64,000 nt of DNA from the NCBI GenBank assembly GCA_964252035.1, contig OZ176207.1, one strand, 5' to 3'. Shown piece by piece: positions 13,392 through 24,524 of this stretch (positions within the stretch are counted from its first letter, which is position 1; each line of letters opens with the position of its first letter). Position numbers and translations under genes: made by a program. The notes under the pieces were generated by a model, which was given only the letters and a program-made list of their open reading frames with translations, did no database searches and was not told the DNA's origin. The DNA is from Podarcis erhardii (taxonomy: Eukaryota).

Positions 13392-14568
13392 TATAGGACA
13401 ACATACTAGATTAATACAGGATTTGTACTTGGGTGGTGGTAAGTTCATAGCAAATTATTCCCCCACCCCCAGCAAATTGCCAGCATGTACATTGGCGCAT
13501 TTAAAGCAGTGACTCCTTGAGAGTGCAAAGGCAAGATGCATGCTCCTAAATTCCATGGTGGATACCTACCAGAGAGCCATGTTTCTCTGTTATCGTCTGC
13601 ATTTGAAGCCTGGAAGAAAACAGCAAAGAGACACACCCTTTCAGACAGCATGCACAAGCTGTAGGATGAAAACCCCCACAACATTAGACGAATTTGTCCA
13701 GCATTAAGTGTTCAAAAACAGGGCATTATTATTTTTTTACTATCCTGTACTGTAGGCAGATTGTGCAAGAAGTGACAACAGCTCTGGACAGCATTTTTTT
13801 CTTAGCAGAGGAAAAAACTCAACTATTTGCCAGATGATGGTTAACTCCATAACAGATATAGGAGCAGCTGTCAAGTCATTTCAGAAGGGACCTAAAGTAG
13901 AGCCCAGAATTTCAGAATTCTGCATGAGGCAGATACCATTTTACATGGTCAAGGGGTACAGAACATTGTCTAGAACACTATACAGGGTACAAAGTAAAAC
14001 GGTTTCTCTTCACAGCATATGTGATATCAGGTCATAACCACGATAATTTCCTTGGTCATAGGGTAGCTGTTGAAAGGGGACTATTGAAAGCAGGGAGAAG
14101 CAATAGTGTTTGGAGAGACTGGTCTGCCAGCAGGAGCTCCTGTAGATATTGATTTAAGACCAGATGCCAAACCACACCGTCTGCAAATAGCCTGCAGAAT
14201 CCCCATTCCAAAGGAATATCAGCAAGCACCTGTGAACTGCTAAGTGCAGAACAGCCAGCCTCAGAGCGAAGGGTTAGCAAAGCTGATCCACAGGGTCCAT
14301 TCCCACCCAACTGTTATAAATCTAAACTGTTTAACTACAATAGGCTGGCAATGCAAAAGAATTAATGCTCCACATGCAACTTGAGGCCTAACCTGGGATA
14401 TTGATACCTAAGGTCATGACTACTGCATAGGTATATGGATGCCATTTATTGTTTAGAAACTGCAAAAGTCCTTTACAAAGTTTACTGTTTTGTAGGGCAC
14501 TTGGTACTCCTATTTTGGCAAAGGGAAAACTATTTCCATCTTTTCAAAAGCCAAAGCATAAGTCCATG

Positions 14569-14744
14569 CAGTGCTTTTTTCTTTAAAAAAAAATGTTTAG
14601 GGGTACTCTCATTTTGACTCAAGAAACCCACCATTTTATAGTTCAAATCGGGAAAAATAAATACAGTAAATGGACAAAAGTACAAGGATTCACAAAATGT
14701 TTAGGGGTATGTATACCCCTGCGTCCCACCAGAAAAAAGGACTG
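14569..14744. mobile_element. hAT-type MITE
   Basis: TIR CAGTGCTTTTTT / AAAAAAGGACTG; TSD AGTCCATG/AGTCCGTG (7/8). Confidence 0.88.
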
Positions 14745-15837
14745 AGTCCGTGTATAACCATTTAGCCTCTGCTTCATTTAAAAATGATACCACCTGTCTC
14801 TGATCATTACTCGAGGATTTGGACTTGAATTTGTAGAAATAACTTCAGTTTTCTAAAGGTTTCTGTGAGTGCAGTGCTCTCTGATTTGGGACGAGAGCTT
14901 TTGCCCATGGGAACCAAACTTTCCACTTCAGAAGTGGAGTTTCTATGAGCCAATGTGAGTGAAGGAAGCATCTCCACCATCAATTGGCCCAAATTCCATC
15001 ACTGTGGCCAGCAAGTGCGAGCTGTCCTGGACCTCCCATTGAAGTACTCTCTGCAATGCCTAGAATTTATTCTGCTTTTTTTCATAGTCTAGCCAAGTCA
15101 ATAACGCTAGGGTGAGTGGAATATTCCTAGGACATGGGCTTCTGGTCAGGAATGGTTGCATATTAAGATATATATATTCATTTGATGTTTTACATGAACA
15201 AAAAATATCCAGTGTTGGGTGTAGTACTTAAACAGTACAAACGAACAAAGGGCTCATCTGTCAGCGTGGCTACCTATAGGCCTGGTAATTGACCTAAAAC
15301 CCCAACATTTCCCTTTCCCTTCCCCACACCCAGCACCATGAGATTTAGAAATAATAAACATTCCATCCATTTTCGATTGACGCACTTACACACAGGAATG
15401 AGATTGCAGCATAACCCTGCAAAATGAAATGTGTAAGGTGACAGGGAACACAGAGGGGGTCACTATTTGCCATGTAACCCTGATTTCTATCTCAATAATG
15501 TGGCTGAACTATTTGGATCAAAATGAAAGCCACAAAATTGACTCAAACTTGGCTTTCAGTAGTTTTGTATGTCCAGGTGGAAGCTGGAGATTCCTGGACA
15601 ACACCAGATTTCTGGCTGACCTCCCTGTTCCTCTGTATGACACCTATAAACAGATGCTTGATTGCTATTTTTTCACTTACAATGGAAAGAACCTCAGGGT
15701 ACACCTCTTGTACATTACAATCCCAATCCCAAAATTTTCCTATACTTACTTTTCTGAACTCAGTGGGATTTTCTTCTTAGCTGACAGGTATAGGATTGTG
15801 CTGAAAACTATGGCACCTTCCCTGTAGGAATTTAGTA

Positions 15838-16140
15838 CAGTGGTGCCTCGCAAGACAAAAATAATCTGTTCCGCGAGTCTCTTCGTCTAGCGGTTTTTTC
15901 GTCTTGCGAAGCATCCCTATTAGCGGATTAGCGGATTAGCGCTATTAGCGGATTAGCGGATTAGTGGCTATTAGCGGATTAGCGGCTTAGAAAAAGGGGG
16001 GAAAGGGAAAAAACTCGCAAGACTCGCAATACGTTTTCGTCTTGTGAAGCAAGCCCATAGGGAAATTCGTCTTGCGAAGCGCCTTGAAAAACGGAAAACC
16101 CTTTCGTCTAGCGGGTTTTTCGTCTTGCGGGGCACCACTG
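15838..16140. mobile_element. Tigger/pogo-like MITE, family B, with internal tandem array
   Basis: TIR CAGTGGTGCCTCGCAAGAC / GTCTTGCGGGGCACCACTG, TA TSD, internal TTAGCGGA repeats at 15917-15990. Confidence 0.92.
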
Positions 16141-16296
16141 TATTACAAAGTGACCCTTTGGAGGGATTCAATAACCCAAGGTAATAACGTTCTCTTGCTC
16201 TCGGGATCACTAATACAGATTCAGATCTTGGAAACCCTGAGTTCCTTCCTTTTTGGCTGGAGGCAAGCTCACTGAGGTGAATGCCACACTGCAGAG

Positions 16297-16675
16297 TGGG
16301 AATGGGACAGAAATTCAAGTCAGTTCTTATTTACCTGGTTCACACTTTCAAAACAATATGTGAAGTAAAAAAAGCAACCCTTCAAAATTTGCACTTCTTT
16401 GAATATTGCAATTCAGTTCTCCAGCTAAGTAATAGGTGCAAAAAATAATAATAATGCATTCATATTAGGGGAAATTGCTTTGCAAAAATTATGTACAATA
16501 GGCAAAATTGCATACAAAAAGATGTTTAGTGGGAGAAATATGCCCTGTAAAAAGCTGGTGAATTTTCAGGAGCACTTTTTAAAAATTGCAGATTGATGTC
16601 GAAACATAGGGAACTGAATTTAAGATTGGAATAATGAGAAACTGAGAGAAACAGAAACTGCTGAACCCATCCCTA
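16297..16675. mobile_element. Older AT-rich non-autonomous DNA element (TAGGGATGGG-ended family)
   Basis: Ends in CCCATCCCTA; internal homology to 43316-43930 and 55759-56352 (e.g. GGTGAATTTTCAGGAG, CTGATGTGGA). Confidence 0.65.
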
Positions 16676-17742
16676 CTGTAGAGTTACTGTACGGAATATT
16701 ATAGTCATCATGATCTCTTGTCATGGGATGAAATGCGATGGCACCTCCTGTTTCACCAAAGGCTGCAATTCTGTGCATGTGTTCTTCTGTGTAAATGTCC
16801 ATAATGATTGGGTTGCAAGCATTCATTATATTAAAAATGTACTTAAGATTTAAATAAAATTGTCTGGGCGATTTTACCCTGCTTCTGAAGTCAGTTCAGG
16901 ATGCTTTATTGCTGAATAAATTAATGCAGTGTACAGTAAGCAGAGACAAGCCTGCAGCAATGCATAATGAGGCATGCAGTTCCAAGAATTTATTTGTTTG
17001 TAGCACAGTACTGTACATAGTTGTCCTTGTTGCCATCTGTGAAATCTGTTGGAAAGTATGCAAGGAGCATATATTCCATGGCACTTCCTGTCTCCAGATT
17101 GTTTTAGTCTCTATTTGCCTTTATGAATGAGTAATTTCTGTCCCTGATAGAAGTTGCTAGTGAAGTGGGGATGGAGGTATGAGCTCCATTGGTGGTAATA
17201 CATACTGGAAGAGTACAGACCTCACAGGAATGAACCACAAGAAGCCTTAGGCTTGTGTGTTACCCACCCCCTTGTCCTCCAGTGCTGCTATAAGAAAGAG
17301 TTTGGTGACTATTTTATCTTGTTGTTTGGTCTGAACTTGACAAGCCAGTTGATCATAATGGGGACTTTTTTGGAAGAAATCAGCTACTAAACCTGAGTTA
17401 TGAATCTGGTTGTTTCAAGGAACCACAGTTAAGATTATCCAGTTTAGGGTTCAGATGTGGTTAACTGTGGTTACAAAAAATGGGAATGAAAGCTTCTGAT
17501 CTCCTCTCAGCTCTGCTAGAGTAGGATATGTGGAGGCACACAGGTCCACTGTTTGCTGTGACTCATTTTTGTTACACTAAACCAAGGCTGATCTTTATGT
17601 CCAAACTAGTTCACTGTTTGTCCTATAGCTTAGCAAGTTGTCAAATGATATCAGGCTATAAATTAAAGCTGTTTTATTGCAATTATTTGCATGGTTTTAG
17701 TAATTTTTATACATGTATTATTGTTTAATTATATATCAATTA

Positions 17743-17968
17743 CAGTGGTACCTCGGGTTAAGAACGTAATTTGTTCTGGAGGTCCGATCTTAACCTGAAA
17801 CTGTTCTTAACCTTAGGTACCACTTTAGCTAATGGGGCCTCCCATTGCCACCACACCACCGCCGCGCGATTTCTGTTCTCATCCTGAAGCAAAGTTCTTA
17901 ACCCGAGGTACTATTTCTGGGTTAGCAGAGTCTGTAACCTGAAGCATCTGTAACCCGAGGTACCACTG
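17743..17968. mobile_element. Tigger/pogo-like MITE, family A
   Basis: TIR CAGTGGTACCTCGGGTTA / TAACCCGAGGTACCACTG, TA TSD. Confidence 0.95.
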
Positions 17969-18475
17969 TATTGTTTCTTCTATGTTTTTAGCGGTTCTCA
18001 TTCACTTTGTTACATGGAGAAATGAAGAAAATGGAGCCATGGCACGCATTGCTTTCTTTCTTACAGGATATTCTGCCAAATTGCTAAATCCAAGGTTTTG
18101 AGGTTAGCCCTCCCTTGATCCTGTTCACTTTTCTTCCAGAAACATGAGCCATTCTTAACTATATCTGGTGTGTGAGGGTTTTTTTATAACATGATCTGTT
18201 TTTTGGTATGGAGAACTGTTGCTGTGTTGGACTCATGGAATAACTGATACAAAATAGGTAAGACGATCTTTTCATTGGGTAACTACCAAAAGTGACTAAA
18301 AATATCTGTGTTGGGGAGTAACTTTGGTCTCTGTTTATCTAGATGACAATTAACCGTGTCTCTGTTTTGCTTGCATGTTGTATTTCCTGAGAGATTGCTT
18401 ACCCTTTGCACAAACAGAAGTTGATTCGTGAAAAGGGATCACCATGTCTACTTGGGGTTGTAGCCAGTGCTAGTC

Positions 18476-18554
18476 CTACTCAGAGTAGACCTGTTGAAAT
18501 TAATGAACCCAAGTTAGACATGCCCATAAACTTCGGTAGGTCTACTCTGAGTAG
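18476..18554. repeat. Palindromic repeat with perfect 17-bp arms
   Basis: CTACTCAGAGTAGACCT (18476-18492) and AGGTCTACTCTGAGTAG (18538-18554). Confidence 0.8.
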
Positions 18555-18924
18555 AGCTAGCATTGGCTATAATCTCCTGTATCTACTGAGGCCAGGACAG
18601 TTGTCGGCTCATCTGCTAAGCTTGGTCAGCTATTATTTCAGTAGCAGCTAATGAGGCGGTGCAGGTGGAGCTTCCCAACACAATGAGTTGCTGCCACTTC
18701 CTCAAAGGGAGGAGTGTGGGAAATGAGGCATGGAGTCAGGTATAGCAGAGTAGCCAATCTGACATACCTGCTGCCACATGCTGCACCACACCTCGCTCCA
18801 GGCATGTTACCCTCTCCCTCTCAGAAAGCGCCAGAGACCCTTGATGTTGGGAAGCCAGAAGAGCAATGGAGGCCAACCAGCTGGTACTCCATGACTTTTA
18901 TGAGGTCAGTAGGATTTGGAAGAT

Positions 18925-19195
18925 GTAAAGGAGTACAAGGAACTTCTTTGTGCAGTGCATAGTTAAAGTATGGCACTTGCTCCCACAGGAGCAGTGGTGA
19001 CCATCAATTTGAATAGGTTGAAAGGAGGATGAGACTAATTCATGGATGATGTCTACCAATGGCTGCTAGCCATGATGGCTATGCTCACTTCCATGGTCAG
19101 GGACATTATGCTTCTGAATACCAGTTGCTAGAAACTGCAGGAGGGGAGAGGGCTCTTGTACACAGGTTCGGCTTGCAGGTTTCCCCCTGGAAGAA
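18925..19195 (+). mobile_element. Older CR1 LINE 3' fragment (end of ORF2 and 3' UTR)
   Basis: GCATAGTTAAAGTATGG..CTCCCACAGG..CAATGGCTGCTAGCCATGATGGCTATG..CTGAATACCAGTTGC resembles a lizard CR1 3' end; diverged. Confidence 0.7.
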
Positions 19196-20660
19196 CAGGA
19201 TGCAAGGCGAGATGCAGGGCTGCAGGGCTTGTTAGAAAAGCTCAGTACTATTTTCTTCTCTAGCCCTTTGCCCAAGAAGTGAATTTTGCAACAGGTAAAG
19301 TTTGGAGTGCTGCTAATAATGCCTGCACTTCCAGGCCTCAGAGCATCATCAGCAGTTCTTCAAGACAGATTGCTATCAATACCTGAAGCCACTTTGGACC
19401 TCAGGAATGAGATGGGTTGTCAGGCTGAGTAAATGGGAGTCAAATATGTATTGAAGTCAGACTCACTAAGGACGGAATAATCAAAGTCATCAAAGCTCAG
19501 TGCATAATAGCTCAAGACAAGAGGTCTCGCAAATATTGTTCTAGTATCATCATAACCACAAGGGCTACTCGGATGTGGGTTTTAGAGACGTTTAAATTAG
19601 CAAAGAGTGCTTGTCATTAATCTTTTATAATGGCTTCTGGGAGGCACAGTTCATTTAAACATTTTACATTTTTTATTACTTATGTATGCAGGGCAGCAAT
19701 TAAAGCTGTCGTGGTCATATAATGAAGACTAATGAAACCAAGAGTATGGTAAGTTTTTCATTTGCTGTCAGTCTGAATAATCTTCCTTCACCCAAAGCAT
19801 GAATGCTCTTCTTAGAAGCTGCAACAGGCGACAATGTCAGCATCGCCACTACTTTATGAACTTCAATACATGCACTTTAACAAGACATTTTGCTGCCTGA
19901 GGCAGAGCAGAAAACAGTGCCCTCCCCTTTGGGCGTAAAACTCTGGGGTAACTATTTTGGCGCCTGAGGCAGAAAAGCCCACAAGTGCTTTCCCATTTCT
20001 GTGCCACTAAAAATCCAGCCACAATAGATTATCCCCCTTCGTGACGCTCCATTTCAGCTTCCTGAGGTGGCTGCCTCACTCTGCCTAATGCTAGGGCCAG
20101 CTCTGCATCTTGATCAAATGTAACTGCACTTGCAGCATCTTAAGCTGATTCTCAGAACTGCCTCTAGCAGACAATCTAGCATGGAATGGAGAATCTGCCA
20201 GTGAAGGCAGAAACTTGACACTGGATTAACTGCCTTCATTGGCAGATTTTGCTAACCAGCACAGTGAGTGAGGGTCCTAATCCTGAAACCCTAAGGAGCC
20301 ATGGGTATTCAGAGTAGGCAACACCGAGCAACCACTGCTGTGGCCCTGTGCAAGGCTGTTTCCTATATTTCTTTGAAGCAAAGATATTAGACTAGTTTCA
20401 AATGCAAAGGATCAGGTCAGCTGAGAGAGTTAAAGGGATTCTTCTGACTAAGAGCCCATTTTGGAATCTCTCAGTACTTCAGCCACTACAGCCACACTGT
20501 CTTCACATCCCTTATGTCTGAAGATCATGTAAAGTATCACTTTAATAGCACTTCTTGTACAGAAAGCTTTTCTCTCACATATCCAGTAAGAATGCTGGAA
20601 GCTGCGTAATGCTTATTTGACTTTATATACAAGTTTTGACACACTTAATTCAGTTGAAAG

Positions 20661-21013
20661 GGATGCGGGTGGTGCTGTGGTCTAAACCGCAGAGCCTAGG
20701 GGTTGCTGATCAGAAGGGCGGCTGTTCGAATCCCCGTGACGGAGTGAGTTCCTGTTGCTTGGTCCCTGCTCCTGCCAACCTAGCAGTTCGAAAGCATGTC
20801 AAAGTGCAAGTAGATAAATAGGTACCGCTCCGGCGGGAAGGTAAACGGTGTTTCCATGCGCTGCTCTGGTTCGCCAGAAGCAGCTTAGTCATGCTGGCCA
20901 CACGACCCGGAAGCTGTACACCGGCTCCCTCGGCCAATAAAGCGAGATGAGCCCCACAACCCCAGAGTCATCCACGACTGGACCTAATGGTTGGGGTCCC
21001 TTTACCTTTACCT
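20661..21013 (+). mobile_element. Full-length Sauria SINE
   Basis: tRNA-like head (B-box GTTCGAATCC), (ACCTTT)n tail, perfect 16-bp TSD TTAATTCAGTTGAAAG at 20645-20660 and 21014-21029. Confidence 0.96.
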
Positions 21014-22497
21014 TTAATTCAGTTGAAAGACATCAGTTGTGGCAAGTTGATAGTGATGCAGAACTTGGGAGAAATGGAAAAAATGAGAAGCAGGGAGGAA
21101 CAGCAAACTGATTTATTCAACCATCCCTATCACAAACAGGCCACGATGGTGGCATTGCACTTTTATCACAACTATAAGAAGAAAATATCCTGCCCAGCAT
21201 ATAATGGCCTTGACTTCAATTTCTTCCACTCAGTCTCTGTTCATTGAATCTGTCGTAGACTACAAGTCTTCTGAGGAGGGCTGTTGTTTTTTCTCCTCTT
21301 TTTACGTAGTGTCAGCTCAGAACTGTTTTATAAATAAATACATTCTTTTTAAAAATGGGAATGCTAGACTGACTGGCAACACAATATTGCATATGTCTGT
21401 TTAAAAGTAAGCCCCACTGAGTTTGAGGGGGCTTTCTCCCAGATAAGTGTGTGCAGGATTGCAGCTTCTTTATTCTGAGGGCTAGAAATTATTCTGTTTG
21501 GTGCCTTGCAAAGGGGTGAGTGTTTCAATGCAAAAGCCCATGATGAGATAACAACATCTTGATGGTTGTGTTTTCTGGGCCACTATGAAATAGAGTTTTG
21601 GAGGGGAAATGGGGATTAGTCATCCCACAATTAGTCATCCTGCAGTGTAGCTTGATCCATGAGCGATTTGATCTGTGCTTCAGAAATGCCGTGCTGTGAC
21701 CAAAGACCCAATTTTCAGGGTGGTGATTTTTTTATATATATTTTTTTGGTGTGTGTTTTTTTTAAAAAAAAAAAACTGTCTCGTGTTATAATTAAGAAGG
21801 ATTTGGACATGAAAAAGTTGACAGCTGCAATTTTGGGGATCCGGCTAAGTAGGTCAAAGGGAATGTACACTATAAGCACAGCTATGCCTAGGCATGCGTT
21901 TATTACATTTCATTTGCATCTGTACCAGTTTCACGTTTCACTTTTTTCCTCTCCTTCATCTTTGCTTTCTTTTCTGCCTTTTGGAGAGCTATTTTAGAAA
22001 GCCTGCCGCCCACAGAATGCAGTTAACCAAGGCTTTTCAGTAATTTCCTCCCCCCAAGACAACCACTTCCCTCTTCTTCTCTCAGTTGCATTCTGTACCA
22101 GCACCATGACTCTACACGTCCTCCTTGAGTTCCCTTGAGTTTTGTCAATGTGGGGTAGCATCATTAAGGGTTAGCAGCTGAACATTGTATTCTAATTGCG
22201 TTGCCGTCTGAGCAAGAAAGAAACCAATAGATGGGATTAACAAAGCCACAGTTTGATTGAAGGCACATGGCCTATTCCATCAGCTAAGACCAATGTGAAG
22301 GGGGAAGGAAAGCCCTACCATTAGATCATCTGTGACGGCTGCGTCAGGCAGCAAAGACTGGGGTGGTGGGGGAGAGCAGGGACAAGTGATGCTGGAAAAC
22401 AGGCCTGATAGTGTGCCCTGCACCCGCTAATCAAACTTGATATCTTCAGTTGCAGTGAAGTACACAGGCAGTGTTCAAGCAAGACTGCATACTCGCA

Positions 22498-22628
22498 ATA
22501 CATTTAAAGCATATCCAGATCAGAAAGATTCCTGGGAGCTATAGATTGCCCCTCACAGAGTTACAATTCCCAACATTCTTAACTAATGACAGAATCCTGA
22601 GGGCGGAGGATGTTTGCTTTAAATGTAT
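22498..22628. mobile_element. Palindromic MITE-like repeat (ATACATTTAAAGC family)
   Basis: 14-bp inverted termini ATACATTTAAAGCA / TGCTTTAAATGTAT. Confidence 0.7.
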
Positions 22629-24405
22629 GTTGTCTGCCAACTCCTAGGGGCCGAGGGATCTCCAATATTTGCCCCCCTCCAGATTGATGGGCATTGATAT
22701 TCAAATGGTGTGTGTGTGCCACATCATGTGATCAGTTATGTGGATGGGGCTTACCTGCCCCCCCCCAAAAAAATATTTTATTCAAGTTGGCACCCCTGTT
22801 GTCTATCCAGCCTAAGATTCAGTTTCCAGTCTGGTCATTTTCTATACAAGAAATGGGAGGTCCACCATTTTGCCTTCACCTCAAACAGCAATAGGTCTCA
22901 GGCTAGCCCTGTGGAGAAGGTAGTTCTAAGTCGTCCTTACAAGATGCCCACTGAGGCCAGCCATGATGTGCCCTGACATTACTGAGGTCAAACCTGAGCT
23001 ATACCTGATGGATAACCCTCCCCTCTTGCAGGAATAGGCAGGTGTGAAGTGGTCACTCATATCTGCTGCCTATAACTCTGCTGCATATAGCTTTTCTTCA
23101 CAACTCTAGGGCGGCGGCAGACCTGCTCCAAGTGTTGGTCCAAGCTGCGAATATCCTCTTAGCCCCAAGATGCTGGGAATACCAAGCACCTTCCCACTCT
23201 CAGGATATGCCATTTTCCATGTCCACACTAGTCTTGGAGCTTAAAGGTGGACCTTGACAGAGAAGGGAGTGGAGCCTCAAGGCTCATGGTGATTTTTCTG
23301 TTGAAAAATGAGAGATCTCAGTTTTATCTTTTTAGAGGAGGAGCCATAGCTCAGTAGTAGAGTATATACTTTGCACATTAGTCCGGGTAAACCATAATGG
23401 GCAAGATGCGCCCATGACTTGACTCACTAAGTGAAGGGGGAGGGGAACTATAAAGAAGTCAGAAATTAAATCATTATAACAAAAGAAACCCTATGTAAAA
23501 ACACTATAGAAAGGTTTTGTGCTCTCTGGCACCATCCGGTGTTGCGTGTTTATAACACATTCAAATCATTGTGTGTGTTTTTACTAATGTAGCTGAGTCC
23601 ATAGTGTAAGGTAAACTTAATATATTATCTGAATACTTCTCCAGTGTAGGGTCATTGCTTTCACTCCCAAATATTTTCATAATACATGTTTTGTGTCTTT
23701 GCTGGTGGCTGCCTCTTTTTCACTCAGAGAGAGAGAGAGATGCTGGGAAGGAGTGACGTGATCTATATAGGGGAGGGGATACCTGGGGATCAGCCTTTTG
23801 GAAGAGAGCTTGCACCCTGATTTCCACCTCTTCAGCCTGAGCTTTCTCTGGAGTCCCCAAGAAGGAGGCTAATAAAACCCTGAGACCTGGCAACCTTACT
23901 TGAATGAAACCCAAAGGAAAAGATTAATACTACAAGCCATGGGTATTTGTTGCTAGTTGGAGACCTGGCAAATGTGCTTCTTGTGCCAGCAACGCCTTCA
24001 GTTGGCAGGAGTGCTTGGAGACCAGCAGTCACAGAAGATTAAATTCTCTGCGTCCTGAGACTCTAAAATGGGAAGCATTCCCATCATGCCTTTTGTGCAG
24101 TTAGCTGTGGTGCACAGACTCATCGAATAGGTTCAGAAATGGAAATGAATTTGGCTATTACTTCTACATGCCCTCCCATGGCATGCAAAGTGCTGTCGCA
24201 CTAATTTGCTGTCACTTGCAAAAGAGGCTGTTGTTTTCAGTTTGCACATGAGGAGCTGCCACTAAGAGGCTAAGAAGGGGAATTGGATTTCAGAATAAGG
24301 TGGTCAGGTTTGGCTCAGAAGTGTCGATATAGTTCAGGCTTGCACCCTGGTCCTAACATTGTTTAATTTGCCCTTTGTTTAATTACAGTAATATCTCTAG
24401 AAGTC

Positions 24406-24524
24406 AAAGGTGGGGAGCCTGTGGACTTCATCTCCCATCAGCCCCATCTAACATGGTAAATACTCAGGGATTATGGGAGCTGGAGTCCAGTGACACCTTG
24501 AGACCCACAGGTTCTGCACCCTTG
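24406..24524. mobile_element. Palindromic MITE-like repeat (family of 33756)
   Basis: GGGGAGCCTGTGG..CTCCCATCAGCC..GGGAGCTGGAGTCC..CCACAGGTT. Confidence 0.55.

Noticed and set aside
14088-14243. Peptide GETGLPAGAPVDIDLRPDAKP resembling the pre-RT region of Gypsy/ERV pol
   Set aside because: Bounded by stops with no downstream RT motifs; the similarity is too short.
14943-15059. Minus-strand frame ALQRVLQWEVQDSSHLLATVMEFGPIDGGDASFTHIGS* as a last exon
   Set aside because: The acceptor has no polypyrimidine tract and the peptide is unrecognised.
15429-15827. 132-aa ORF with DCYFFTYNGK, faintly like a PLE RT motif
   Set aside because: No other RT motifs nearby; likely chance.
15917-15990. TTAGCGGA array as a telomeric or CRISPR-like repeat
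   Set aside because: No spacers, not TTAGGG, and it lies inside a MITE.
23337-23378. tRNA-like sequence (also the heads at about 6470-6539, 20661, 37359 and 54890-54958)
   Set aside because: These are SINE heads or fragments; no complete cloverleaf, and most continue into SINE bodies.
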